64,000 nt of DNA from Sphaerodactylus townsendi (taxonomy: Eukaryota). The position numbers were made by a program, and so were the translations under genes. The notes below the pieces were generated by a model that saw only the letters and a list, made by a program, of their open reading frames with translations, did not search any database and was not told the origin of the DNA. Shown here piece after piece: positions 37,986 through 50,608 of this stretch. Within the stretch, counting starts at the first letter, position 1. Every line of letters starts with the position of its first letter. Location of the stretch: positions 31,992,001-32,056,000 of the forward strand of contig NC_059430.1 of the NCBI RefSeq assembly GCF_021028975.2, in the 5' to 3' direction.

Positions 37986-38258
37986 TTGTCAAAGTCTTTC
38001 AGGGTCGGAATCAACTGACTGTTTCTGGGCTGTGTGGCTGTGATCTGGTAGTTTTTGTTCCTGACATTTCACTTGCATCTGTGGCTGGCATCATCAGAGG
38101 TGTGTTACAATGAGGTGTGTTTGTCTGTGCCTTGGAGAGACACACATCTCACTGTGACATGCCTCTGAAGATGCCAGCCATAGATACAGGCGAAATATTA
38201 GGATTAAAACCTACCAGGTAACACCCAGATAGCCCAGAAAACCCTCAACAGCTAGTTG
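37986..38258. mobile_element. Palindromic Penelope-derived element with two inverted terminal repeats carrying hammerhead-like cores
   Basis: Two inverted copies of the 35050-type repeat; CTGAAGA...GAAA on + at 38165, CTGATGA...GAAA on -. Confidence 0.7.
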
Positions 38259-38482
38259 CAAAGCGTTTCATTATTCTGAATTTTTAGATTCCAGTTCCAC
38301 TTTAAAACTAGACCACGACATTCATCTTTAACAAAATGTTGCAGTCTGGTTTTAAAGTGGACTCCTGAACTATAGATTTCTCTGGTATAATGTGTATGAA
38401 TATATTGCCAGTGGAGTTGATATCTCAAGAATTAACCAGCAGTTGCAGACTGATTCTCTTCGCATTTCTTTTTCTTCCTTAG

Positions 38483-39277
38483 GTCTTTTATCTTACTTGG
38501 CTGACAGACCTCCACCTCAGTATATCCACCCCAACAGTATAAATGTTGACAGCAATCCAGCTTTATCCGTCTCCAGCAACCCCTCTGGCCTGGATCCCTA
38601 CCAACCCAATGGAACTGTAGGCCTTGAACCAGGCATTGTCCCCATGGATTCCCGTTCAGTGAACACACACAACACTCAGAGCTTGCATCCCAGCGACAGC
38701 CATGAGGTAGCTCTGGATACAACCATCACCATGGAAAGTGTCTCAAGGGTTACCAGTCCCATCTCTACTGACAGCTTGGCCGAGGAACTTACAATGGGCG
38801 ATGTGGCTGGAGATCATTCACAGATTGCAGCTGTCAACCAGAATCATGAGCCCTTAGCTGTGGATGCTGTTGGCAGCAGCCTGGCTGCGGATACCGTGGG
38901 GCATAACGGTGTCATCCCCCTTCATGATCGCGGTTTGGAACTTCCTGTCGTCATGGAGCCTGATCATATTACAGGCCGTGTCAGTGGGATGTCTGATAGA
39001 ACGCTCAGTGACTCTATTCACACAGTTGCCATGAGCAGCAATTCTGTGAGTGTTGCGCTCTCTACCTCACACAACCTCACATCCCTGGAATCTGTCTCTT
39101 TACATGAAGTGGGCCTGAGTTTGGAACCTGTTACAGTATCCTCCATAAGCCAGGAAGTAGCCATGGGACAAGACCATGTGGATGTCTTTCCTGACAATCT
39201 CGCCTTTGTACCATCATCCCTGAAGATAGAAGACTCAAATTCAAACAAAGAAAACATGGCTACCTTGTTTACCATAT
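38483..39277 (+). CDS. PRDM4: PRDM4 coding exon 4
   Basis: GLLSYLADRPPPQYIHPNSINVD...SNKENMATLFTI; ttag|GT...ATA T|gtgag. Confidence 0.96.
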
Positions 39278-40344
39278 GTGAGTATGAGCCAGTGTTCTTG
39301 CCTTGATTTCTGGGTAGCATGTACATTGCAGATACTGTGCTGTAGAGATTCTTGCAATATTACAGTTCAGTCCAAAGCAGAATTGATTTCAGTGGGCTTA
39401 AAAGAGTGTAACTGTGCTTAGCAGGACTTTGAAGGGTGTGACTCTGCTTGGCATTGCACTGTAAGTTTCTTCTGGGTCATGGGAAAACCAGGAATGAGCA
39501 ATAAATTGAATTTTTTAGAAGCCAGGCAAAGGACAGCTAAATATATTAAGAAGCTGGGCAAAGGGAAGCTAAACTCTGTGTAATATATTTGAAGAAATCA
39601 AATTCTTGTGTTTTGTCAGCTCTGACATGTTTTTCCCTTTTCCTGTTCAAAATAGAAATTGTTAAAGTTTTCTTTTGTCCCTTTTGGTGAAGAATACAAA
39701 AATTGGCCCATGCACTTGCTTGCTCTCCATCTATTATCTATTTAAAATATTTACATCCTGCCTTTTGATCAGATGGTTTATGTAGCTACTTACAGTAATG
39801 TAATAGCATGAGCAGAATTAAAAGATCATAAGAGCAATAAGATGACTACAGCAAAAGGTAACCAAACACTTTATTTCAACACAGCACCCGCACAAACAGC
39901 TAGAAATGTTTACCTGTTTCTGCAATAACCAGCCGAAATTTTGTAAACCTTCATTGCCTGATCACTTCAAAATTACTTCTGCTATCTCATGCAGGTGGTG
40001 AGTAGCTATTTGCAAGCCTGCAGTTTTGGCAACACTAATTTAGTAACCATGAATCCGGTCCAGTTCATTGGCTAATGGTTTAGAATGGACACTTGAGGCA
40101 TGTTGGTGTACTGTTTTTGTTTTGTGGATGCAGATCTACTGTTGTATCAGGATGTGGGCAGGTATTGTAAGCAGTTCTGTTGGTCCACAGGAAAAAAATG
40201 CAATCACTTTCATTAGTCAGAATCTCAGAAAACAATTTGCAACATTTCAAGTACTGATGAAGAGTTCTGGAGAGTTCAAAAGGCAGTGTGCTATTTATGT
40301 GACTTGTTTCTGGACCAGGTGGATGTGTGCCAAAGACAGTCAGA

Positions 40345-40648
40345 AAGAAGAAGAAGACGATGAGTTTGGATCATACCCCTCCCCCCTTTTCTCCTGTAAG
40401 GAGACTCAAAGGGGCTTACAAACTCCCTTTCCCTTCCTCTCTCCACAACAGATACCTTGTGAGGTAGGTGGGGCTGAGAGAGTTCCGAAGAACTGTGACT
40501 TGCCCAAGGTCACCCAGCAGGAATGTAGGAGTGTGGAAGCAAATCCTGTTCACCAGATAAGACTCCATCACTCACGTGGAGGAGTGGGAAATTAAACCCG
40601 GTTTGCATTAGAGTGCACCTGCTCTTAACTACTACGCCACGCTGGCTC
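40345..40648 (-). mobile_element. tRNA-derived SINE (Squam3-like)
   Basis: Reverse-strand full-length SINE with a gaagaagaag tail and ctcttaactactacgccac head. Confidence 0.85.
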
Positions 40649-41609
40649 TGAAACAAATCTGAAGCAGGGAGTTCTTATTTACTGGCTGTTGAAAGAACAA
40701 AATATACATACCCGAATTGCTGCAGTGTCTATCTGCAGTAGGCTGGGGTTTGACTGGGCTTGAACTTTGGTACCTCTTGTGTCACAATATCCTATGTGAC
40801 TCTGGGTATTTGTTCACCAACTACTTGTTTGCCTTGATGTTCCTGTGTGCAACATTCTCATCCTTCTTACTGGTCTTGTAATACAAGAATGTCACACCCT
40901 GGTTTCTATTGCGCTTTGAGGGGCAGAAATGGTTGTGGCACACTGACCACAAGTTGTATACCACCACTCCCAAATATTTGATGGCCAGAATGAGTTCCTT
41001 GCCCACAGGATATAACGCAGTGACTAATTCAGTGTTTTAATCTTCAAATATTCTATCTTTTTTTTAGGGGGATACTATAAATGCTTTTTACTGACACATC
41101 AGCAGTGCCATGGAAGCTCAGAGGATCAAGTTTAAGCAACTGGCTGTAAATGAATATATTGTACCAGCACTAGAACCCAATTGTAGCGCTGGTGCATTGA
41201 GGAAACTATCATTGATCCCTGTAGGCTACAGTTGTGGTATGCATGGGCTGTGGGAGCAGTCACAGGAGGCAAACACTTGTTTGCTTTTATGAGCCTCTTC
41301 TGGGTCATTCTGGCCAGTCAGAGCTCCCAACTATACGACAACAAATAGTAACAAAGGACTATAGAGTAACCCTGATGTTGCCCTGTATTTAAGGTGCAGT
41401 GGTTCAGATCAGCTGACTCAGACAAGCAGATTGTTTGCTCGACTGTGCTGCTGATTTACATCCCTGTTATGATACTGTGGTCTTGCAATGCTGGGCTATG
41501 AATGTGGGCTCTTTTGCTGTTAACTATCCATCTTTGTCTTTTATATTTTGGTTCTGCACTAACAGAAAAGAATGTTTCTCCGAATGTTTCTCTGTCTTTC
41601 CATCTGCAG

Positions 41610-41759
41610 GGTGCACACTGTGTGACAAGGCATACCCATCAGATTGCCCAGATCACGGGCCTGTGACCTTTGTTTCAGACACCCCAGTGCAGAGCCGAGC
41701 CAGGCTTTCTGTCCCGAAGCAGCTTGTTATCCGGCAGTCTATCATGGGAGCTGAAGCTG
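41610..41759 (+). CDS. PRDM4: PRDM4 coding exon 5 (zinc knuckle)
   Basis: (W)CTLCDKAYPSDCPDHGPVTFVSDTPVQSRARLSVPKQLVIRQSIMGAEA. Confidence 0.96.
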
Positions 41760-42765
41760 GTGAGGATCTGGTGAACTGTGGATTTTCCTGAAGGCGTGGG
41801 GATGGGGTGGGAATCCAATCAAACAACAAATAGATGCTATATGAAAAGAAGATAGTTTGGGCAGAGCATAATGGATCCAGTGCAAGACTGATTTTGTTTT
41901 GTCGCCGCAGATCAGAGCAGGATATTTTTGCCTTGCATCCGTGGTAATTAGAAGATTAATGAGAGCTATAGTCTAGGCCTTCTTTTGATATTCTTAACAC
42001 AACCTCAGGGAGTTTTTTTTCCATGTGAAACCCTTGCCTGTCTACTGCAGAATTAGAACGCATTGCAGAAGATTTTAGGATATAATTTAAGTTCATAAGG
42101 GCCGTTGTTGGTCATGCCTTTTAGGCATCAGTAAGCCATGCTATCTGGAATGCACCGTACTGTCATGGTTATGATGATGAAGCTGTCTTTCAGTGATACT
42201 TGTCTGCCATTGCTGATCTCATATTCCCTGGAACAGTTTGAGAAACCTTCCTCAAACCATTGTTCTCTGAAATTGAAATGCAGCTAACAAAACCTGCCCA
42301 GAAATTTCATGCAGAGTAACTGGGGGGAGTCATAAATTATGAATGTCATTTATGTTGTTGAATTTTAATTGTGCAAATTGGTAAGCTGAGTCTTGTTGAA
42401 TCCCTTGGTGCTTCTGCAGTTTTTGAAATAAACGTTTTCTATTTTTACAGGAAGCGCCATGCAATCTTTAATGAGCAAAGGAGGTCAGGACCTCAGTTTC
42501 ACAGCTTACCTGAAAGTAAATGACTTGCTATTGGAAAAAAAAATGTAGCTACAGTGATTACAATTGAGCTTATTCCCAAAAGTGTTATGCATTAGTTTTT
42601 TTCCTGTGAATATCCCATTTATATAAGCTTCCACGGCTTGTTGCTTAGCTGTAGTTATCAGAGTACTGTATTGCGAATATGACATCTCTTTTTGCTGGTC
42701 TTCACTAGCTGTCATTCTTCACTGTGTAGCCAGAGTAATACTGCTTTTCTTCATCCTGTTGGTAG

Positions 42766-42884
42766 GTGTGTGGGCTCAAGAAACCATTCTTGTGCGGACC
42801 TGCTTTGGACCACTCATTGGGCAACAGAGTCACTCCATGGAGGTGGCTGATTGGATAGACAAAGCAGCAAATCACATTTGGAAG
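42766..42884 (+). CDS. PRDM4: PRDM4 coding exon 6 (PR/SET)
   Basis: GVWAQETILVRTCFGPLIGQQSHSMEVADWIDKAANHIWK. Confidence 0.95.
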
Positions 42885-42944
42885 GTCGGTTTGAGGTTTT
42901 TCCCCCACATGGTTTTGTTTTATGCAGACAGTGGTTTTTTTCAT

Positions 42945-43685
42945 CTTACATCACACCCAGGAGGGCTCAGGATGGCTGACAACAATCCTTAAAAACAAAA
43001 TGTTATACAACAAAATTCTAATCTATAATTAAATAACAGTCAACATTTAACACGTAGGCGGTGCACTAAAATCCCATCTCCTCTCACCCTACTCTAATAA
43101 AGTGGCAACCATTCGCTAAAAAACAGGGAGGGGACAGGGAGAAAAAGCAAAGGGGGCACTCTTGGTGGCCCGTGGAGTGTACAGAGCTCCCGTAAAGTCC
43201 TCAACCATATGTCTGATGGAATATCTCCGTCCTACAGGTCCTGCAGAACTGAAAAAGGTTCTGCAGGGCCCTGAACTCCTCAGTCAGTTCCATCAGGCTG
43301 GTGGTAGTGGTGGTGGTGGCTGAAAAGGCCCTGGCTCTGGTTGAGAACAAATGGTCCCTCCTTATTGCAGGGATCTCCAGTAGGATTTGAGAGCTAGAAT
43401 GCAGTGTTCTTCGGGGACGTGGCTGGAGAGGCAGGCCTGCAGGTATGAGGGTCTCAGACTTTTAGAGCTTTCAAAGTCAGAACCAGCACTTTGAACCTAA
43501 TCTGAAAGCAAGCCTGCAGCCAGAGCAGCTGCTGGAGTATAGGCTGAACAGGAGACCTAGTTAGGGCCTGTGCACCACCTTCTAAATTAGTCGAAGCTTC
43601 CAGAGCAGTCCAAAGCAGGCCTATATAGAGCAAGTTACAGTCTAGAGGTGACGATTGCATGGATCACTGTGGCCAAGTCGGATCG
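42945..43685 (-). mobile_element. L2 LINE 3' fragment; a further L2 fragment lies at about 44050-44460
   Basis: Decayed ORF2 C-terminus ...LDCNLLYIGL...PILQQLLWLQACFQIRFKVLVLTLKAL, resembling the L2 'LHWLP...RIRFKVL' motif. Confidence 0.75.
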
Positions 43686-44822
43686 GGACAGAAATTTTTT
43701 TTGGTCAATTAGAAATCCTCCATAGATTATTTGGATAACGTTGAAAAAATGGTGAATAGTAGTTTTGAAGGTTTGGAATTGCTAAAATAAGATCCAGCAG
43801 AGAAAAGTGTCTTTTATTAGTAGTAGCTCTAACAATCCAATTTTACCTAGATGCTTAAAGAAAAAGCGGTTAAATTTTTTTGGGGGTTAATACTCTGTGC
43901 AGATGAAACTGGGAGTCATTATGGAAAATGTACCGGTACTTTATTTTTGGGTGGTTTTTTACCACAGAACTTTGTGATGTAAAGCTATTCAAGTATTAAT
44001 CAACATTTTAATCTGGAATGGGACAGGTAAGGGGCTAATTGTTCAGCATTACAAAAATGTTCAAGAGTCCTCTTAGTCATCATTGAAACCTGCATTTCCA
44101 TGGTTAGCAAGGCATTCAGAACCGTGGCTAGAACTCCTGACAGAAGCAGAGGGTGTTAATTACATCCCGTCAAGATCTGGTAGCCTGTTAGGTGGCAGTA
44201 ATCTCTGTCCTAGTGTTGTCCGGTTCAGCCACCGAACCTCCATCTCAGGTGGATTAAGTTTCACCTAGTGCAGTTTTAACTATCTCACTACAGCCTCCAG
44301 ACATCCAGCCAGATCTATTAACACTGATCCCAACTGGTCGTCTATCAACAGATAGAGCTGGGTGTATCTGCAGCCTTACTCCTGACTACCTGGGCAAGAG
44401 GGCACAGATAAAACTTTGAAATGTGTAGCAAAAAGGATTGATCCCAGGTTACCCTGAATACCAAGGGTGGGGTGGGGGGTGGGGCTGAGACAATACCTTT
44501 AATGTAGCTTTTACCCTTGGCATCCCTTCCCCCCTGAGAATCTTATAAAATGAAACTCTGTCAGAGCTCTGGTTAAGGTGGCCGTTTGCTAGGATTCAGA
44601 TATGGATGTCTCAGAAATTGGAATGTGTTGAGACACATGCTTTGATAGATAGGAAGTAATTCCTCTTTGACACAAATAGTGCCCAATGATACAACATTTG
44701 TGCTGTCTGGCTCTTTAGATTCTTAATTGCGCAGGCAGCTGCATCCCTGGGGTTTCTCAGGTTTTGTGCGTAGAGATTTTAAAACATGTGATCCAGCTGT
44801 TTATTCTACCTTTCCACATCAG

Positions 44823-44908
44823 ATATATCTCAACAATGTTCTGGAGTTCTGCATCATCACAACTGATGAGAATGAATGTAACTGGATGATGTTTGTGCGG
44901 AAAGCCAG
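44823..44908 (+). CDS. PRDM4: PRDM4 coding exon 7 (PR/SET)
   Basis: IYLNNVLEFCIITTDENECNWMMFVRKAR. Confidence 0.96.
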
Positions 44909-45833
44909 GTGAGAAAGTGACAAGCAATTAGCAGAGCAATAGTGATTGTGTGAGATGTGATAGATTTAAAATCCTATAATAGAACCTTCTGTTTTTTCTT
45001 TAACATGAAATGATACACTCCCCTTATTCAGTTTCTTTAAGTCTAATAATTTGAACTTGGGTAAGTTTCAAGGAAATTTGTTAATTCTGATGTTAGCTTA
45101 ATATTTTAACCACACTTAGTCTCAAGGGACTTCACTGATTACTAGTTAATAAATATATGGGTGCAATTCTGGTTTTACTGTTATGAGCTTGAAATGCTTT
45201 GAATCTCAAAGTATCTGTAAGAATTTATCTTTCTTGTCTAGTCGTTTTAGGTCACTTTTGGGGTTTCCCCATGGCCAATGCTATATTTACAATTTCTTCC
45301 CCATCCCTACTTTGGAATTATTTCTTGAGGGAGTCCCACTTGTCCAGAGTGGCTGAGAACTGTGGCAGGTGGTAGGAATGGAGCTCTTCTACTCAAAGGA
45401 AAACAGTGTGGAAAGGAGTGGGTTACAGCAACCGGGCCTGGATGGACCTACCTGAGATTGGACTCAGGTCACAAAACTAATCCCACAGTGCAAAGCTCAG
45501 TTCAACAATCCTTGGTGTTCACTAGCCGATTCTGTCTGTGATCTTGCAGCCTGGCCAGCAAGAATAAGATTATAAACTCAAGCAGGAGAATAGATATTTG
45601 AACCTGCAGACATTCATAATTCAGAAAGTCTTCCATATGTCAGCAATTCCCTCTCAGTTGCATCCAAAGGAAGCTAAATGTTTCTAATCACTAGAAAAGC
45701 TGCACCTGCTTCTTTGAGTTTTAATTGCCTTGTGCTAAGAATGGTAGGTCCTTAGCATATTCATGGAAATGAAATTATTTTTAAAATTTAACAACATAAA
45801 CTCTTAATAGAATTTATCCCCTGCATGGAATAG

Positions 45834-45961
45834 GAACCGGGAAGAACAGAATTTGGTGGCTTACCCTGATGATGGAAAAATTTACTTCTGCACCTCGCGT
45901 GATATCCCTCCAGAGCATGAGCTTCTGTTTTACTACAGTCGAGATTATGCCCGACAGATTG
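45834..45961 (+). CDS. PRDM4: PRDM4 coding exon 8 (PR/SET C-terminus)
   Basis: NREEQNLVAYPDDGKIYFCTSRDIPPEHELLFYYSRDYARQI; frame not shown in the ORF track. Confidence 0.95.
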
Positions 45962-46567
45962 GTAAGCAATTGGTCACGCTATGCTAACTATGAATGCTAT
46001 CTTCTAGATTTATTCAGTCCCAGTTTTCCCTCTGCTGAAGTTCTGGTCTAATGCTTAGTCCTGTGCTTTTAGTATTGTCAATGTGTTGTCATTGGAGATT
46101 TTCATTCCAAATGTCTTGGACAAAATTGCTAGGCGTTATCGTGCAGCCAGGGAAATTCAGTTAAGATCTCCAGATCACCTATTGAGTCTGCAAGTAGTCA
46201 ACAGAAAAAACCAGATAATTCCTGTCTTGCACATTATTGCATATGAAATTCCATGCTTTGATAATTCCATTTCAGGAACGTTATGTGGCTCATTGAAGGA
46301 ACAGGTGGAGGTTAGGATTGTTTTGATGCCTTTTGGGTTTCTGTAATCTACCTTGTTAGGAACCAAAGACCATAATACTGTCATGTTGCATTCTTACATC
46401 CATAAGGTCACGTTCTATATATATATTTGGGGTGGGGGGGTGGGGGCGGTTAGTGGTCCTGTATCAAATGAAGGAGAAGGATGCTTCTTAGAAAGTGGAA
46501 CTATTAGATAGCAAGGAAGTCACTGTTTGAGTGCTGCAATAATTCTAATATGCCTTTTGTCTTAAAG

Positions 46568-46882
46568 GTGTTCCTGAGCACCCTGATGTGCACATTTGCC
46601 ACTGTGGAAAAGAATGTGTTTCCTACAGTGAGTTCAAGGCTCACCTGACCAGTCATATCCCCAGCCACCTCACCAGCCCAGGTCATCCCAGTAGCCAGGG
46701 ATCAGGCCACAGCAAGGAAAGGAAGTGGAAATGCTCCATGTGTCCTCAAGCTTTCATCTCTCCTTCTAAGCTTCATGTCCACTTCATGGGGCACATGGGC
46801 ATGAAGCCACATAAGTGCGATTTCTGTAGCAAAGCCTTCAGTGACCCCAGTAATCTCCGAACTCACCTTAAAATACATACAG
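46568..46882 (+). CDS. PRDM4: PRDM4 coding exon 9 (zinc fingers)
   Basis: GVPEHPDVHICHCGKEC...WKCSMCPQAF...HKCDFCSKAFSDPSNLRTHLKIHT. Confidence 0.97.
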
Positions 46883-47798
46883 GTAAGTGATGCTTAAACT
46901 TTCCTTTTCAAAGTGTCATCTGAGTTGGAGAACAAATCTGATTAACACTGACTAATGAATTTGTGGACTCCTTGGAGGCCCAAATTATGACTCTTCCTTG
47001 GATTATCATGCATTATATTATGTATGATCCAGCTGCGTGTCGATTTCGTTTCAGCCTTGTGGTCAACCAGCATTTTTTAACAGTTCCTCTTACTTTTGTT
47101 CACAGGTGCTTTGAATTTTAACTTTAGATAAGTAGCCCCATCAGAATTGGAAATCTGCTTAATAGAATAGCTGAAATCTAGTCATCCCGATATGCACACA
47201 GACATGCCCAGCTTTCAGGAACAGAAAAGTGAATACCAGTGGTATCCCAGTTTCTAACTGGGATGCTCCAAAGCCTTGCTTAAAAAGTCATTTGTGCAGA
47301 ACAGAAAGAATACAACAGGGATGAGCTGTGTGTTCATTACTGTCAGCCTTGTAGACCTCTTTGGTACACCACAGCATTCTTCCCAGGTGTAGTAAATCTC
47401 ATTTATTTCCTGGGATTAACAGCACTCCCTTTCCCACAGATCTTCCTAGCTGCTTGTTTTGCATACATAATGTCTCTATTTTTCATGCTGAGTGAGTTCA
47501 ACACAGGAGAGGGAAAGGACAGCAAATTCTGTGGGCAGGGTTTGTGAGAGGCTTTGCCAGACAACAGCAGAATGGCTCACTGTCTCAAAGTGAACTCCAT
47601 GGCATGCATTCCATTCACCAGGAACCTATACAAAATAAAGATTGAAGTCCTTTTTTTATAGGTGTGAAGTAGAGACAGTAGACTATGAAGTACATTTATG
47701 GTACAAAGCAGATGCTTTGGGTTTTTAATCCACGTTTACAAGAAGTTAGCAAAGAATAAGAATATCCTGTAAAACATCTTTCATGTGTCCAATTCTAG

Positions 47799-47967
47799 GT
47801 CAAAAGAATTATCGCTGTGGTCTTTGTGAAAAGTCGTTTACGCAGAAGGCCCATCTAGAGTCACACATGGTTATTCACACTGGGGAGAAAAATCTGAAGT
47901 GTGATTACTGTGGTAAACTGTTCATGCGACGGCAGGATCTCAAGCAGCATGTCCTCACCCATACACA
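47799..47967 (+). CDS. PRDM4: PRDM4 coding exon 10 (zinc fingers)
   Basis: GQKNYRCGLCEKSFTQKAHLESHMVIHTGEKNLKCDYCGKLFMRRQDLKQHVLTHT. Confidence 0.97.
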
Positions 47968-48355
47968 GTAAGTGGGCAATTCTCTAGACAGTTCAGATGG
48001 AGCGCCATGGCCGTTTTGCAGGCTACAGGGAAGTGCTCATTTTAAACACGTCGAAACCAAACGTGACACAAGAATGTCCAGAATGCCAAAAACAGAACGT
48101 ACGAAGAGCTCAGATACAAACCCTCTTGTTTCATCTTTGCTTGTGTGCTACTTAGTGATTGCGGTCTTGGATCTAGGATGGTTTAATTAACCATAACAAA
48201 AAGTTAATTTCTGTAACAAAAGTGTTGATTTATCCATGTTAAACGGATACCTGAAACTGGAGTTAGAATATCTGACAGGCTTGCTTATCATCAGTTCTCC
48301 TGTCGAAAGAGTTAAGCACCCACATCCTAAAACGTTGCTTTTCCTTTTAATTTAG

Positions 48356-48659
48356 AGGACGTCAGTTCAAGTGTCACCAGTGCGAAAAACTGTTCCTGAG
48401 GACGAACCACCTGAAGAAACACTTAATCTCTCATGAAGGGAAGCGGGACTATGTCTGTGAAAAATGTTCCAAGGCTTATTTGACAAAATATCATCTAACT
48501 CGCCACCTAAAAATCTGCAAAGGACCCACCTCCAGTCTCTCAGCCCAGGAAGAGGAAGATTCAGAGGAGGAGTTGTTGAATAACTCTGTGAGGAGTGAGA
48601 ACTGTAGGCTCAACAGCAGTGTGTTTGTGACAAATGATGCACTCCCTTGCCACAAGTAA
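48356..48659 (+). CDS. PRDM4: PRDM4 last coding exon
   Basis: GRQFKCHQCEKLFLRTNHLKKHLISHEGKRDYVCEKCSKAYLTKYHLTRHLKICKGP...ALPCHK* (TAA 48657-48659). Confidence 0.96.
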
Positions 48660-50097
48660 GAAACGGCGGCCATCTCAAAATGTAAATTGGGGACTGTTAC
48701 CTCACCCTGAAATCATGTTTATATTAAATGAACACTTCTGTAATGAACATTTTGATGACTGAACAGCCACTGACTCTTCTTAATGGAAACAAATTATGCA
48801 CTTTTCAAGGAGACGTTTCCTGTAGGTTTAAGCCAATGAGATCAGAGTAACTGCCTACCGTTATCATTTAAACTTGTGCTTGTGTCAACTTGGTTGATGT
48901 GTCATGCATGACTTTTAAGAATGACAGGCAGGTGCAAGTCAGATCTAATCAGACAACTGTTTGGGATGATGAGTTTGTCAGCTTTTTTTTTACAATTAGA
49001 ACTTTGGTTTGTGTTTTCTAAAGCCCCATAATCAAAACAGTCACATGGTCCAGTGTTCCTGTAGTATGTTTTACTTTAAGATATACCCTGCTAAAATCAG
49101 TGTTCACTGTCTATGCGTTAGGTGTACCCACACGTTCGACAACTGATCTTTTTCAGAGTACTTGAATGGGCAGATTCAGGATGGGATACTCTCATAAAAG
49201 CGTATGGCTAAAATCTGCCTTGAAAAATGGTTACAGAATAGGTGGTTTTTATACTACATTCAGTTAACCAATCAGCAGGGAGAGGAGGCAGTTTGCTGCT
49301 AACAGATTTATGGAACAATGATCTCATTTTATGTTGCTCATTAGGAGAAAATTAAACACTGCTCTTTGCAATATATCAAATGCAGTTCTTGTCCTTAAAA
49401 TTGTTCAGGGTGATCAGAAAGCTCATAGCACCCCTAACTCTTATTGTAATTATGCTAAAGTGCAACTCATTAGAAATCCTCTAAAAGTACATAGTCTGGA
49501 AAGAGTTAAACAAGATACTTCTGGATCTGACTGCTAATTAAATATCATTATGGTAGCTAGCTATAATAATCCAGTCTTTAGCTAGTCCATGATATCTATC
49601 TTTACTCCATAACGTCTACCTTTATTACCACAATCATGGGGCCTCCATCAAATCAATCAGCTTCTTGCAATACTTTGAACTAGCCAGATCTCATGTTTGG
49701 GGTTCTACTGAGAGTATGGCACAATTGGCATGTCACCCTAGAGCTTTCTCACTCTGCAAGGGATCAAACCCTGAAGTCCCTTTGGAAATTACAGACCTTC
49801 ACTTTTCACAACTTTTTTGGGATTCTAAAAGGTACCTGCTGAACATTTCCAGAACAGTGGACAATCTAGGTTGAAAGCTCTTGAAACTGGCTACCACCTA
49901 CTTGGTCAGACAGATGGTCCTGAAGAGGTCAAACTGTCCTTACAATTTTTCTGCTGCTCATCAGGAAGCCATATAGCAACTTAGACCGACACATGCTTCA
50001 CTGTATGTACAATCTTTATGACATTGCTATTCATTACACTGGGACTGTACACAATTTGACAATTAAGTTGCCTCATGGGTCCGTTTTGGTTTTTGAG

Positions 50098-50180
50098 TTA
50101 TTGCTGCTGTACAGAACTGGTTGCTTCTGTTCTTGATTGGTCAACCATCAGCCTCTGTCTGCTCCCAAAGACCTCATTCA
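50098..50180 (-). CDS. PWP1: PWP1 last coding exon
   Basis: ttacag|TG AAT; VNEVFGSRQRLMVDQSRTEATSSVQQQ*. Confidence 0.88.
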
Positions 50181-50476
50181 CTGTAATGCAAATAAATATT
50201 CAAGTAAGCATCAGTCAGAACAAACAGAAAATTCTAACCATAAATTACACATATGAGCTCTGCATGCTAATTCTTCAGCTGACAGGCACATAATTTTGTG
50301 TGTGTGGGGGGGGAAGAGTACAGTTATTCTGGGCCCCAAGGAGTTATACTATGAATACTATGCATGCATTTAACACACACCCCTCCAACACAGACCAAGT
50401 ACAATCTCCTTTTTGTGAATTTTCAAAAGCAGAGCTTTTGTCTATGAGTTTATGGTGATTTCTATAATTGTCTATG

Positions 50477-50608
50477 CAGGGGTAGCCAACCTATGGCACC
50501 CCAGATGTTCATGGACTACAATTCCCATCAGCCCCTGCCAGCATCAGCAGGGGCTGATGGGAATTGCAGTCCATTAATATCTGGGGTACCATAGGTTGGC
50601 CACCCCTG
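50477..50608. mobile_element. hAT hairpin MITE
   Basis: CAGGGGTAGCCAACC...GGTTGGCCACCCCTG flanked by GTCTATG. Confidence 0.85.

Larger units (their letters stand above)
31326..48659 (+). other. PRDM4: PRDM4 gene span, ATG to stop; 11 coding exons, 2388 nt, 795 aa
   Basis: Joined exons give one open frame: N-terminal region, zinc knuckle, PR/SET domain, C2H2 zinc fingers. Confidence 0.95.

Noticed and set aside
38392-38482. N-terminal part of the 304-aa ORF in the track
   Set aside because: Intronic read-through upstream of the acceptor at 38482; the true exon starts at 38483.
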